Source of the DNA: Candidatus Hydrogenedentota bacterium
Lineage (GTDB): Bacteria; Hydrogenedentota; Hydrogenedentia; Hydrogenedentales; GCA-2746185
Assembly: GCA_046583315.1 (NCBI GenBank)
Contig: JAYGCN010000052.1
Coordinates: 42,283-106,282, forward strand
Length of the DNA stretch: 64,000 nucleotides
Reading direction: 5' to 3'
The notes under the pieces were generated by a model. The model was given only the letters and a program-made list of their open reading frames with translations. It ran no database searches and was not told the DNA's origin. This document shows, one piece after another, positions 39,446 through 49,262 of the stretch. Position 1 is the first letter of the stretch. The number at the start of each line of letters is the position of its first letter. The position numbers and the translations under genes were made by a program.

Positions 39446-40971
39446 TTCTTCCCGGATTGGAGAGCTTGTCGGCCTGCTTTGAATATGTCCACATCGCGGT
39501 CGTTGGTCTGATCAGGACCGGGAGTACTTCGGCCGCGGGCAACGTAGTGTTCAAGTTTTGAGGTGAGTCGAGCAACCACATTCGGGTAAACCCCGGCGAG
39601 ATTGTTGCTCTCCCCGATGTCGTCTTTGAGGTTGTATAGTTGGACCGCGGGCAGCTCCGATAAATCCGCGCGGCCCGGTCGTGGATTACTCCATCCACCG
39701 GACCCGGGACAAAGCGCTAGTTTCCAGTCACCTTCCGTGATGGCGAATGAGCCGTTTATGGAGTGATGCACGACGTCCGTGCGCTCGTGTGTTTTCTCTT
39801 TACGATTAAACAACGGCACCATGCTGACACTGTCCACCGCTTCTTCAGGTGTTAACGCGACATCCAGGATGTCGGCGGTGGTGGCCATGAGATCGCCGAG
39901 ACTCACGGGCGCGTCTGTCTTGGAATTCTTCTTGATGTGGCCCGGCCATTTCGCGAAGAAGGGGACGCGATGTCCACCTTCGAATATATCAGCCTTGTGT
40001 CCCCGGAAGACGTAACTGGGGTCATGTCCTTTATCCGCTAACTCGCGAAAGTTTGCCTCGGGAGAACATCCGTTGTCGCTGGTGAAAATGACGAGTGTGT
40101 TTTCGCTCAGTCCGTTGCGCTCAAGCGCGGCAAGCACTTCTCCGACTGTGTGGTCGACTTGCATGACGAAATCGGCGTATCCGTTCACGTTACTCTTGCC
40201 AGCCCATTCGTCGGTAGGCACGATGGGTGTGTGCGGTGCGGTGAGAGGGAAATAGAGGAAGAAGGGTTCGCCGTTTTTCGCGGCGTTTGCATGGTGATCG
40301 ATGTAGTTCCCGGCGCGACGTGTGAGTTCGGGCAACACGTCGAGCGCTTCGAAGTCTTTTTCCGCGATGCCGTCGCGGTAGAAATGTTTCGTTACGGTTG
40401 GGATACCGATGAGTTCGTCACCTTCGATGTAGACGAACGGCGGGATATCGAGTGAGGCCGTGATGCCGAAGAATTCGTCGAAGCCGTGAACGAGTGGACC
40501 GTTGCCGACCGGTTTCGTGAAATCGATTGTGTTACTATCCGCACCACGTGCGGCAAGACCACCATTCTTGAGCGTCCAGTCCAGCCCGAGATGCCATTTT
40601 CCGATGCAGGCCGTGGCGTATCCCTGACGCTTCAATAATTCGGCCACCGTGACGCGGTCATGCTGAATCAGATGTGGTGAGTAACTCCAGGCGACTCCCT
40701 GTTCGAGCGTCGAACGCCAATTGTAGCGTCCCGTGAGCACACTGTAACGGGTCGGAGTGCAGACCGCCGAAGTGGAATGCGCATTCGTGAAGGTCATCCC
40801 GTCTTTGCCGAGCGAATCGATGTGCGGCGTGGGAATCTTCCCGTCGGGATTCAATGATGCGATGTCGCCATAGCCCAGATCATCCGCGAGAATATACACG
40901 ATATTCGGTTTTTCCGCATACGCTGCCACGGAAGCCGTGAGTAAAACGATGTAACAGAAGATTCTGATCAT
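39442..40971 (-). CDS. Arylsulfatase (Cys-type S1 sulfatase)
   Basis: PNIVYILADDLGY, CTPTR motif, GKWHLG, SDNG, FEGGHRVP. Confidence 0.95.
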   Translation of the reverse strand: MIRIFCYIVLLTASVAAYAEKPNIVYILADDLGYGDIASLNPDGKIPTPHIDSLGKDGMTFTNAHSTSAVCTPTRYSVLTGRYNWRSTLEQGVAWSYSPHLIQHDRVTVAELLKRQGYATACIGKWHLGLDWTLKNGGLAARGADSNTIDFTKPVGNGPLVHGFDEFFGITASLDIPPFVYIEGDELIGIPTVTKHFYRDGIAEKDFEALDVLPELTRRAGNYIDHHANAAKNGEPFFLYFPLTAPHTPIVPTDEWAGKSNVNGYADFVMQVDHTVGEVLAALERNGLSENTLVIFTSDNGCSPEANFRELADKGHDPSYVFRGHKADIFEGGHRVPFFAKWPGHIKKNSKTDAPVSLGDLMATTADILDVALTPEEAVDSVSMVPLFNRKEKTHERTDVVHHSINGSFAITEGDWKLALCPGSGGWSNPRPGRADLSELPAVQLYNLKDDIGESNNLAGVYPNVVARLTSKLEHYVARGRSTPGPDQTNDRDVDIFKAGRQALQSGKK

Positions 40972-41069
40972 GGATAGCCTTTCAACTTAGTTTTGCGGAA
41001 AATCAGTGTAGCATAGTGCCATTTCGATCCGGTATCATCGCTACTTCTCGGTAGTACACAAAAGGGGCA

Positions 41070-42272
41070 ATGATGTCAGACACACCAAAAACTCCAGCAC
41101 CCTCTGGACGCCTGGACTCACTCGACGCCTATCGCGGATTCATTATGATGGCACTGGTCTCTTTCTTCTTCGGCATGGGCGAATGGCTGAAGGGTACCGG
41201 GCTCGAAGAATTTGGGAGTTATCAAACGAGTCACGTTCCTTGGACCGGTTGTTCGTTATGGGATTTAATTCAACCGTCGTTCATGTTTATCGTCGGCATC
41301 GCCATGCCGTTCTCTTACGCATCTCGCCGTGCACAGGGCGACAGCCAGGGAAAACTAATTGGTCATGCGATACGTCGCGCACTGACCCTCATCCTCCTCG
41401 GCGTATTTCTCCGTTCTAACCATAGCGATTTTACCTATTGGACCTTCGAAGACGTCATCAGCCAGATCGGGTTGGGCTACGTATTCGTCTTTCTCACATT
41501 GGGTCGTGGAATCAAAGTTCAGGCCATCACCGCAGGTGCAATTCTCGTCGGATACTGGATCCTCTTTGCATTCTGGCCCTTACCCGAAGAGGGTTTCTCG
41601 CCATTTCCTAATGGTGATGTCCAGTGGGAATACTTCTCCGGATTCGCGGCCCACTGGAACAAAGGCGCAAATCCAATGGGTTACTTCGACGCGTGGTTCC
41701 TGAACCTCTTTCCCCGTATCAAAGAGTGGGGATATCATCCGGGCGGCTACGGCACACTGAGTTTTATCCCCTCCATGGCCACCATGCTCTTCGGCGTCAT
41801 GACCGGCGAATTCTTGCGTGGGACAAAGACGGCCTTCGAGAAATTCACACGCATTGCTGCTTGTGGATGCGGGTTCCTCGTGATTGGACTCGCACTCGAC
41901 GGACATATCTGGTTCGGCGTGGACTGGGACTGGAGCATCGTGCCGATCGTCAAACGTATCTGGACGCCGTCCTTCGCGATTTTCAGTACAGGCTGGACGC
42001 TGTTGATGCTGTCGGCCTTCATATTGGTCATCGACGTGTGGGGATTCAAAAAATGGGCCTTCCCCTTCTTCGTTGTCGGCATGAACCCGCTGACCATTTA
42101 CGTGCTGGACCATCTCATCAGGGGATGGATCATACACACCTATAAGACCCACGTGACCCCGCTGTCCGAGAGCCTCGGAAGCAACGAGCTAGTGATGTAC
42201 ATTGTCTCGATACTGGTGCTGTGGGGAATTCTATTTTGGATGTACCGCAAGAAACTTTTCATCCGCATCTAA
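41070..42272 (+). CDS. HGSNAT/NagX-like (DUF5009) membrane acyltransferase
   Basis: RLDSLDAYRG, WDLIQPSFMFIVG, PIVKRIWTPSF, VGMNPL; about 10 TM helices. Confidence 0.88.
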   Translation: MMSDTPKTPAPSGRLDSLDAYRGFIMMALVSFFFGMGEWLKGTGLEEFGSYQTSHVPWTGCSLWDLIQPSFMFIVGIAMPFSYASRRAQGDSQGKLIGHAIRRALTLILLGVFLRSNHSDFTYWTFEDVISQIGLGYVFVFLTLGRGIKVQAITAGAILVGYWILFAFWPLPEEGFSPFPNGDVQWEYFSGFAAHWNKGANPMGYFDAWFLNLFPRIKEWGYHPGGYGTLSFIPSMATMLFGVMTGEFLRGTKTAFEKFTRIAACGCGFLVIGLALDGHIWFGVDWDWSIVPIVKRIWTPSFAIFSTGWTLLMLSAFILVIDVWGFKKWAFPFFVVGMNPLTIYVLDHLIRGWIIHTYKTHVTPLSESLGSNELVMYIVSILVLWGILFWMYRKKLFIRI

Positions 42273-42343
42273 GTCTTTGCAGCATGACTGCACTCCATGA
42301 TAACCTGAATATTCACCTACAAACTGTATAGAGGAACTCAACA

Positions 42344-43177
42344 ATGAACACGATGACACGACGCGATTTTCTGAAGGTCGCCGGGGTATCGACGGCGACT
42401 GCAGGGCTTATGATGGCTGGATTACCAACCGTGGATGCGTATGCGCCCTACGGCGACTTGCGGATGGGAATTCAGTCCTACAGCTTACGGCATTTTTCCT
42501 TTGAGGAAGCATTGAAGAGGACGAACGAGCTTGGACTGAAGCACATCGAGCTGTTCTCGGGTCACCTGGATCACAATACCGCGACACCGCAGCAGATAAA
42601 AGATGCGAAAAGTCGTATGAGCGATCTGGATATCACTCCGGATGCCTATGGCGTGAGTCCCTTCAGTCGTGATGAAGGCGCCGACCGCAAGATTTTCGAC
42701 TTTGGTGCCGAGCTGGGATTGATTTCCCTTTCGGCGGACCCGACGAAGAGCGCCTTTGATACACTCGACAAACTGGTTGACGAATACAAGATTCCTATCG
42801 CGATTCATAATCACGGCCCGAATCATCATTGGGGCAAACCGGAGGTGATTCTCGATGCGATCAAGGATCATCACAAATTGATCGGACTCTGCGCGGACAC
42901 CGGACATTTCCTGCGCGCGGATGTTGACCCCATTAAAGCGATCAAGATATTGCGCGGTCGCGTCTTTGGTCTGCATGTAAAAGACTTCGTCAGTGAACAT
43001 AAGGAAGTCATTGCAGGCGATGGCAAGCTGGACATAAAGGCGCTCGTAAAAGAACTCAAGAAACAGAAGTTCAAAGGCACCTGCTCAATTGAATACGAAA
43101 ACAACCCCGAAGACCCGATGGAAGACATTCGTAAAGGAATGCAAAACGTAGCAAATGCTGTAGCGGCGGTAGGTTAA
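42344..43177 (+). CDS. Tat-exported sugar phosphate isomerase/epimerase (xylose isomerase-like TIM barrel)
   Basis: TRRDFLK Tat motif, QSYSLR, AIHNHG, CADTGH, HVKD, SIEYE. Confidence 0.9.
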   Translation: MNTMTRRDFLKVAGVSTATAGLMMAGLPTVDAYAPYGDLRMGIQSYSLRHFSFEEALKRTNELGLKHIELFSGHLDHNTATPQQIKDAKSRMSDLDITPDAYGVSPFSRDEGADRKIFDFGAELGLISLSADPTKSAFDTLDKLVDEYKIPIAIHNHGPNHHWGKPEVILDAIKDHHKLIGLCADTGHFLRADVDPIKAIKILRGRVFGLHVKDFVSEHKEVIAGDGKLDIKALVKELKKQKFKGTCSIEYENNPEDPMEDIRKGMQNVANAVAAVG

Positions 43178-43216
43178 AGGGATAATGCGAAGACACCAAG
43201 GGCCTAAGACGTAAGA

Positions 43217-43537
43217 ATGTCCGACGCAGAGTCAATAGTAGTCGAGAGAATCGAGGTCCGCGAAGACTGCCAGATTTACTTCGTGTTGAAAGATACCGGA
43301 AAATCACATTTGCAACATATTTATCGCGAGGGTCGGGAAGTCTATTGGGATCCACGGGCAAATGCGTTTAAGTCCACGCAGATGACCAACAGGGATGTCG
43401 TCGAATGGTTTCGTAACATTATCGAGACTTGTCAATCCGTCGGAATCTCTCTCGAAATTGACGATTCCACGAAATGGGTAGGAGAGGTTGAGAAGTCGAA
43501 AATCGAGATCTGTCGCAAGCACGGCCTAGATCTCTAA
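43217..43537 (+). CDS. Small orphan protein resembling the integron-cassette protein family Hfx_Cass5
   Basis: HIYREGREVYWD...WFRNII...GISLEIDDSTKWV pattern recalls that family (recall, not searched); lies between convergent host genes. Confidence 0.55.
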   Translation: MSDAESIVVERIEVREDCQIYFVLKDTGKSHLQHIYREGREVYWDPRANAFKSTQMTNRDVVEWFRNIIETCQSVGISLEIDDSTKWVGEVEKSKIEICRKHGLDL

Positions 43538-43571
43538 GGAGCGCGCAGAGCATCGTATCGGTTCTTCTTTG

Positions 43572-43601
43572 TTTCTTTCTTCTTTCCCAAGAAGAAAGAA
43601 A
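43572..43601. repeat. 13-bp pyrimidine/purine inverted repeat with a TCCC loop
   Basis: TTTCTTTCTTCTT-TCCC-AAGAAGAAAGAAA; related to 3124-3167. Confidence 0.7.
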
Positions 43602-43615
43602 GGTTCTAAAGTAAT

Positions 43616-43664
43616 AAAAAAGCCCGCTGTTTCAATCTTGATGAAGATGAAACAGCGGGCTTTT
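43616..43664. terminator. Bidirectional Rho-independent terminator
   Basis: AAAAAAGCCCGCTGTTTCA...TGAAACAGCGGGCTTTT. Confidence 0.8.
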
Positions 43665-43670
43665 GCGTTC

Positions 43671-44810
43671 TTACTTAACCTGTTCGAGGATAGCGAAGCC
43701 GCCCGGGTTCCAGGCTTGCGTGATGACGTAGAATTTCCCGTTGCGTTCGATCATGACTGCGTTGTGAACATGTTGGAAATCTGCGAGGCCGAGCTCCGAT
43801 TTGATCATGATGGTGGACACCACTTCGCCGTCTTTGACGATGTAGATGGGCGCGCCCGCTTCACGATCTTTACCGTGTAGGCAGCCGACGATGGTGTAGC
43901 CGGACTGATAATCAATGTCGCAGGGGAATGCGCCTTCGGGCAGATTGAGCGTGTTGAGATAGTTGCCTTTGAGATCGAACTCTTCGATTTCCGCGTTGGG
44001 ACGGTCCGCGACGGCGATGGTTTTGCCGTCGGGTTTAATCGTGATGCCATGGCCTGTGCCGAACTGACCCGGACGACTGCCTTTTCCGCCGAATGCCATT
44101 GAAGCCCATTCAGACGTGACATCTTTCTTGGCTTTCACATTCGCGGTGAGCACGTAATCGAGCGGGGAATAGCCTGTGGTGATGTAGAATTTGTTGTTCA
44201 CGACTTCGACATCGGTGGGAATGAATTTTTTGCCATCGGCGAAGTATTTTGAGACGCGATTTTCGTCGAACTTGGTTTCGGCAGTAGGGGATTCGAGAAT
44301 GTTGAGCAGTGTGCCATCGAGGTCGGTCGTGTAAATCCGCGCTGAATCGTTTCCGGGGAAGGTGAGGTAGGCTTGATCTTTCTTGCCATACCAGATGGTG
44401 GCGTTGTGCATGTTGGTCGGTTTCATTTTGCGGTCCGTGGGAAGTACGTCGACCGTTTTCAGATCATTGCCGATGCGCAAGATGCCGACTTTGGGAAGTG
44501 CCCAGTAGATTTCGCCTTTACCATCGCGACGGTCAACCGCGAATCCGCCGTGCGCAGACAGAATGCCGGGTTCGGTGGCAGCGGGCAGGTCAGCGGTGGA
44601 GTAGATGACTTTGAACCTGAGATCGCCCTGTCCTGAGGTTTTGCCCGAAGAAGCGGCGGTACCCGAGGCGTTGGCATCCTGCAATGCCAGCAGCAGTTCC
44701 GGGCTGGGTGCGCTGGCCTCTTGGCCGTGTCCCGGATGGGCCATCGCGGCAGTCGTGGCAAGGGTCATGCCTAGGCCGAGCAGTGTCGTGCGAATTGCGT
44801 ATTTTTTCAT
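43671..44810 (-). CDS. Secreted NHL-repeat / beta-propeller protein
   Basis: Signal peptide; FIPTDVEV, FGGKG..PGQFGTGHGIT, VADRPNAEI NHL-like repeats. Confidence 0.75.
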   Translation of the reverse strand: MKKYAIRTTLLGLGMTLATTAAMAHPGHGQEASAPSPELLLALQDANASGTAASSGKTSGQGDLRFKVIYSTADLPAATEPGILSAHGGFAVDRRDGKGEIYWALPKVGILRIGNDLKTVDVLPTDRKMKPTNMHNATIWYGKKDQAYLTFPGNDSARIYTTDLDGTLLNILESPTAETKFDENRVSKYFADGKKFIPTDVEVVNNKFYITTGYSPLDYVLTANVKAKKDVTSEWASMAFGGKGSRPGQFGTGHGITIKPDGKTIAVADRPNAEIEEFDLKGNYLNTLNLPEGAFPCDIDYQSGYTIVGCLHGKDREAGAPIYIVKDGEVVSTIMIKSELGLADFQHVHNAVMIERNGKFYVITQAWNPGGFAILEQVK

Positions 44811-44907
44811 GGGGGAATCCTCTTTTGTGTCGGTTGGTAGCTGTCAACTCTACCGAATTTTCAAAGGATTCGCAAGCTCAATGGGTCTGGCGAAATGCCC
44901 TTCGTTT

Positions 44908-46410
44908 CTAGAGATCCATGACGGCTTCGATGTCGGGATCGAGCTTGGGTGGTTTGCTGAGCAGCGATATGGTGAAGAACAGCGTCATGGAGACGATGAT
45001 GGCGATTGCGCCGGTGTTGAATCCGTAGGGGATGGTTCTCCCCATGCCTTTGATGTAGACGAACTCGATGAAGAAGATGATGGTGATGGCGGAGATCATC
45101 GCGACATTAGCCGCAAGAGCGGTCGCGCGTTTCCAGTTAAAGCCGATGGCGACGACGGGCACGATGGATGCCGCGAAGACGCTCCAGCCGAAGGTGCCGA
45201 GCAGGGCGACGAGTGAGGACGGGGCGTTCAACGCGAAGACGGCCGCGACGATAGCGATCACGAGGGTCATGATGCGAGCCATACGGAGTTCGTGTCTGAG
45301 GGGGCGCCCGATGATGGCTTTGGGCATGTCGTGAACGACGGCTGACGCACCGATGTTGAGGAAGCCGTCTGCGGTGGACATGATGGCGGCGAAGAGTCCG
45401 GCGAATACGATACCGGCGAGCATGGGGTGCGCGTAATTGTTAAGGAAGGCCGGCGCGGCCTCATCGGGACTGCCCAGTTCGGGGTGCGCACCTTGCAACA
45501 CGAGCGCGCGTATGACGAAGCCGATGCTGATCCAGAGGAGCGCGGAAACGGAATAACCGATGACACTCACGGGCAGGATGTGTTTCGTGTCTCCGATATT
45601 TTTGGTCATCATCATTTTTGTGATGATGTGGGGCTGTCCTGCGCCGCCAATGCCGAAGATCAGGAACCAGGAGAGGCAGCCCATAATGCCGAAGGTACCC
45701 CAGGGAGAGACGGATTCGGTATCATCGGCCATTACCGTGGTGATCACGCCTGCGACGCCGCCATCAACGGCTGCCAAGGCCGAAAAGAAGACCAATAGGG
45801 CAGCCACGACCATAATGGAGCCTTGCACCAGGTCGGTGTATACGGAAGCGATGATGCCCCCGGTGACGCAATAGAACACGAGCACGGCGACGGAGATGGA
45901 CATGCAGGTGAGGGTGGAGACTTCGCCTATCCATTCGACGTTACCGAAAATTTCCTGGAGTACGACCGTCATCGCCATGATTTGTGCGCCGAGGTAGGTG
46001 ATGACGCCCAGGAATATTACGAGCCCGGTCATGAATCGCGCGAGTTCGCTGTTGTAGCGAGCGGCAACCGCGTCGGGCAGTGAAATGGAGTTACGCAATT
46101 CGGCAAACATGCGTAAGCGTTTTCCCAACAGGAAAAATGACATGCTGAATCCGATGGTGGAGCAGATGATCATCCACATGGAACTCGTGCCCATGCGATA
46201 AATGAGGCCGGGACCTCCGACGAATCCGAACCCGCTAAGCGTGCTGGAAAATACGGCGAGAGAGGTGACCATGATGCCGAGATCGCGCCCGGCCATGAAA
46301 AAGTCGCTTGTGTTTTTGGTGCGACGAAGCGCCCAGATGCCGACGCCGATGCACAGCACCATGTAGACGGACACGCAGATGAGGACGATGAGGTTGCGTT
46401 GCTCTTCCAT
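44908..46410 (-). CDS. Sodium:solute symporter (PutP/PanF-like)
   Basis: DFFMAGR, SGFGFVGGPG, SVYTDLVQG, GQPHII, AAIMSTADG. Confidence 0.92.
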   Translation of the reverse strand: MEEQRNLIVLICVSVYMVLCIGVGIWALRRTKNTSDFFMAGRDLGIMVTSLAVFSSTLSGFGFVGGPGLIYRMGTSSMWMIICSTIGFSMSFFLLGKRLRMFAELRNSISLPDAVAARYNSELARFMTGLVIFLGVITYLGAQIMAMTVVLQEIFGNVEWIGEVSTLTCMSISVAVLVFYCVTGGIIASVYTDLVQGSIMVVAALLVFFSALAAVDGGVAGVITTVMADDTESVSPWGTFGIMGCLSWFLIFGIGGAGQPHIITKMMMTKNIGDTKHILPVSVIGYSVSALLWISIGFVIRALVLQGAHPELGSPDEAAPAFLNNYAHPMLAGIVFAGLFAAIMSTADGFLNIGASAVVHDMPKAIIGRPLRHELRMARIMTLVIAIVAAVFALNAPSSLVALLGTFGWSVFAASIVPVVAIGFNWKRATALAANVAMISAITIIFFIEFVYIKGMGRTIPYGFNTGAIAIIVSMTLFFTISLLSKPPKLDPDIEAVMDL

Positions 46411-46991
46411 TATACAGCCCCTCCATCACGTTCCTGTTTGGCATCCATGATGGCCTTGAATTTCGCTTCGGTATCGGGGTCCCAAAAATATTTCGGATAG
46501 GTCTTGACGAAGAGGATGATAAAAAATGCCGGGAAGAGCCAATAGCCATAAACCATCCACGCAGTCGGGATGGGCAACAACAGGAATCGGGCCTCGGTAT
46601 TTCCGTTCATGTAATCGGAGTACGTCCAGACCATTGCGGTCCAAATCAGGACGTATATGATTCCGCCAATAAGGAGAGGTTTCCCGATGGGACCGACCAC
46701 GTCGTTCTGTCTCGCTCCGAAGGCCAGGGTACTCACGAAAAGGATGGCGATGATGGTGCCGAAGAGCCAGCCCAGCCAGAGAATGTGTTCGTGTCGTGCC
46801 TCACCGGGACCACCCTGCAGCATGGTTTCGAATTCGGGATGCGTGGTTCCGTGCCCGTCGTGTGCCACCGTAATCGCTTGCGTATCGGCATTTAGCACGT
46901 CATACGCGGGTTGCTCTTCGATGGTAAATACCATTAGCAGAACGAAACACATTCCAAGGCAGCAAAGATACAAAAGCCACTGAAGTTTCAT
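46410..46991 (-). CDS. Membrane protein coupled to the symporter
   Basis: Start moved to ATG 46991 behind AAGGA; about 4 TM helices; stop overlaps the symporter start. Confidence 0.7.
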   Translation of the reverse strand: MKLQWLLYLCCLGMCFVLLMVFTIEEQPAYDVLNADTQAITVAHDGHGTTHPEFETMLQGGPGEARHEHILWLGWLFGTIIAILFVSTLAFGARQNDVVGPIGKPLLIGGIIYVLIWTAMVWTYSDYMNGNTEARFLLLPIPTAWMVYGYWLFPAFFIILFVKTYPKYFWDPDTEAKFKAIMDAKQERDGGAV

Positions 46992-47155
46992 CGACTTGTC
47001 CTTTCGATTCCTGCGGATTATGAAAGGATGCAGTCTATCGATGTGGCGCGGGGGATTCAACCTGTCGCTTGCCACGGACGGGTTGAATCGGAACGGAGGC
47101 TTGTATATGATTGCCAGACGAGCAAAACGGCGTTTCAGCGAAAGGGCACTGGTGC

Positions 47156-48262
47156 ATGGCACAGGTTGTGTTGAAGGGGGTCGGCAAGGAGTATCCGGGC
47201 GGTGTACGTGCCGTGGAGGGATTCAACCTTTCAATTGCTGATGGCGAGCTGATCGTGCTCGTCGGGCCGTCAGGGTGTGGCAAATCGACGACCCTGAGAA
47301 TGATAGCCGGGCTCGAAGAGGTTACTGATGGCAGCATCATTATCGGGGATCGCGTGGTAAACGATGTCGCACCGAAGGACCGCGATATTGCGATGGTCTT
47401 CCAGAATTACGCGCTGTATCCCCACATGTCGGTTTACAAGAACATCGCGTTCGGCCTGAAATTGCGCAAAGTGCCCCGCAAAGAAATCAAAGAGACCGTA
47501 CATGAAGTTGCCGAAACACTCGGGTTGACCGATCTGCTTCACCGCAAACCCAAAGCACTGTCCGGTGGTCAGCGGCAACGTGTGGCACTCGGTCGTGCCA
47601 TCGTTCGCGATCCCAAAGTATTCCTTTTCGATGAACCCTTGTCCAATCTGGACGCTCAACTGCGTGTGCAGATGCGCGCCGAAATCGGACGCCTTCACAG
47701 TCGCCTCAACACGACAATGGTTTACGTCACGCACGATCAAGTGGAGGCCATGACGCTGGGGGATCGAATCGTGGTGATGCTTGACGGCGTGATTCAGCAG
47801 GTAGCCACGCCGAGCGACTTGTACGCGAAGCCTGTAAACAAATTTGTCGCCGGATTTATCGGTAGCCCCCCCATGAATTTTCTGGAAGGAAGAATCGAAG
47901 CTGAAGGGGATGAACTGATGTTCGTTGCGCCAGGGAGCGTGCGTCTACGGATTGCAGGTTACCTGGCACCCGTTCTGGAGCCGTACAAGGACAAAGAGAT
48001 AACGATGGGGATTCGACCCGAGTTATTTTCGCATCCTGTTGAGGCTGACCGAGTGGCGAACACATCAGTCACGGGCAATGTTGATGTCGTCGAACCCTTG
48101 GGCGCGGAGGCCTATGTCCATTTGACAGTTGGGGACACATCGATCACCGCCCGCATGGATAGCGAAGAGCTACCATCGGTCAATGAAAGCTTTACGATGG
48201 ATGTTGATATGAGCAAGGTTCAATTTTTCGATCCGCAATCCGAACGCACGATTCTGGGATAG
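47156..48262 (+). CDS. Carbohydrate ABC transporter ATP-binding protein (UgpC/MalK/MsmX-like)
   Basis: [40 protein letters not shown] tail. Confidence 0.95.
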   Translation: MAQVVLKGVGKEYPGGVRAVEGFNLSIADGELIVLVGPSGCGKSTTLRMIAGLEEVTDGSIIIGDRVVNDVAPKDRDIAMVFQNYALYPHMSVYKNIAFGLKLRKVPRKEIKETVHEVAETLGLTDLLHRKPKALSGGQRQRVALGRAIVRDPKVFLFDEPLSNLDAQLRVQMRAEIGRLHSRLNTTMVYVTHDQVEAMTLGDRIVVMLDGVIQQVATPSDLYAKPVNKFVAGFIGSPPMNFLEGRIEAEGDELMFVAPGSVRLRIAGYLAPVLEPYKDKEITMGIRPELFSHPVEADRVANTSVTGNVDVVEPLGAEAYVHLTVGDTSITARMDSEELPSVNESFTMDVDMSKVQFFDPQSERTILG

Positions 48263-48267
48263 CGGAT

Positions 48268-49254
48268 ATGGAGTATCTCAAGGGCAAAAACGTGCTGATT
48301 CTGGGCGGCCTTGGTTTTATCGGGAGCACGTTGGCGGTGCGTTGTATCCAACAGGATGCCACGGTTACCATTCTCGACTCGCTCATCAACCATGGTGGCG
48401 GAAATCCCGACAATCTTGGCGGCTATACGAATCGTGCACGAATCATTGTCAACGACATCCGGGATTACAATCTGATAGAGCCGGTGGTATCCGAGCAGGA
48501 CTTTATATTTAATTGCGCGGGACACACCTCGCATGCTTACTCACAGCAGGACCCCTTTCTCGATATCGACATCAATTGTAAAGGCACGATGAACGTGTTG
48601 GAGTGTCTGCGCCGAAATAATCCTGACGCACGGGTCGTTTACATCGGCACGAGTACGCGGTGCGGGGCGATGTTGCATGAGCCTATTGACGAGATGCACC
48701 CCGAGTTTCCGCTGGACGTGTATTCCGCGAACAAGAGTGCGGCGGAAAAGTATCATCTAATTTGTCATCGGACCCACGGTCTGCGGACTTCGGTGGTTCG
48801 GCTGGCCAATATTTATGGCCCGCGCGCAAACATCAGAAGCAGCGACTCCGGTGTACTAAATTTCTTTATTGGACTGGCCTTGCAGGGCAAAGATCTGACC
48901 ATTTATGGAGACGGTACTCAAAAACGTAATATATTGTACGTCGAGGATTGTGTGGATGCGATATTAACCGTGGCGACATCGGACGAGGCGCTGGGGCAAC
49001 TGTATTTCGCTGCCGGCGACGAGGAATATTCAGTTACGGAATTTGCCAAGGCCATTGTCGATGTATTGGGGAAAGGCACGGTCGACCACGTGGAGTGGCC
49101 CGAGCATTGGGTCAATATGGACGTGGGATCGGTATCGGTTTCGAACGCAAAAATAAAATCCGCTCTGGGATGGGAACCAAAAACCTCACTAAGAGATGGA
49201 TTGAAGCAGACCTGGTCGTTTTTCGAAGAGCGACTGGAAACCTATCTGGGGTAA
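48268..49254 (+). CDS. NAD-dependent epimerase/dehydratase
   Basis: GGLGFIG, YSANK catalytic YxxxK, NIYGPR, GDGTQKR. Confidence 0.92.
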   Translation: MEYLKGKNVLILGGLGFIGSTLAVRCIQQDATVTILDSLINHGGGNPDNLGGYTNRARIIVNDIRDYNLIEPVVSEQDFIFNCAGHTSHAYSQQDPFLDIDINCKGTMNVLECLRRNNPDARVVYIGTSTRCGAMLHEPIDEMHPEFPLDVYSANKSAAEKYHLICHRTHGLRTSVVRLANIYGPRANIRSSDSGVLNFFIGLALQGKDLTIYGDGTQKRNILYVEDCVDAILTVATSDEALGQLYFAAGDEEYSVTEFAKAIVDVLGKGTVDHVEWPEHWVNMDVGSVSVSNAKIKSALGWEPKTSLRDGLKQTWSFFEERLETYLG

Positions 49255-49262
49255 TTATATTC

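Noticed and set aside
43178..43610. Classical integron or attC site
   Set aside because: No RYYYAAC...GTTRRRY pair around the ORF end and no tyrosine recombinase in the window.
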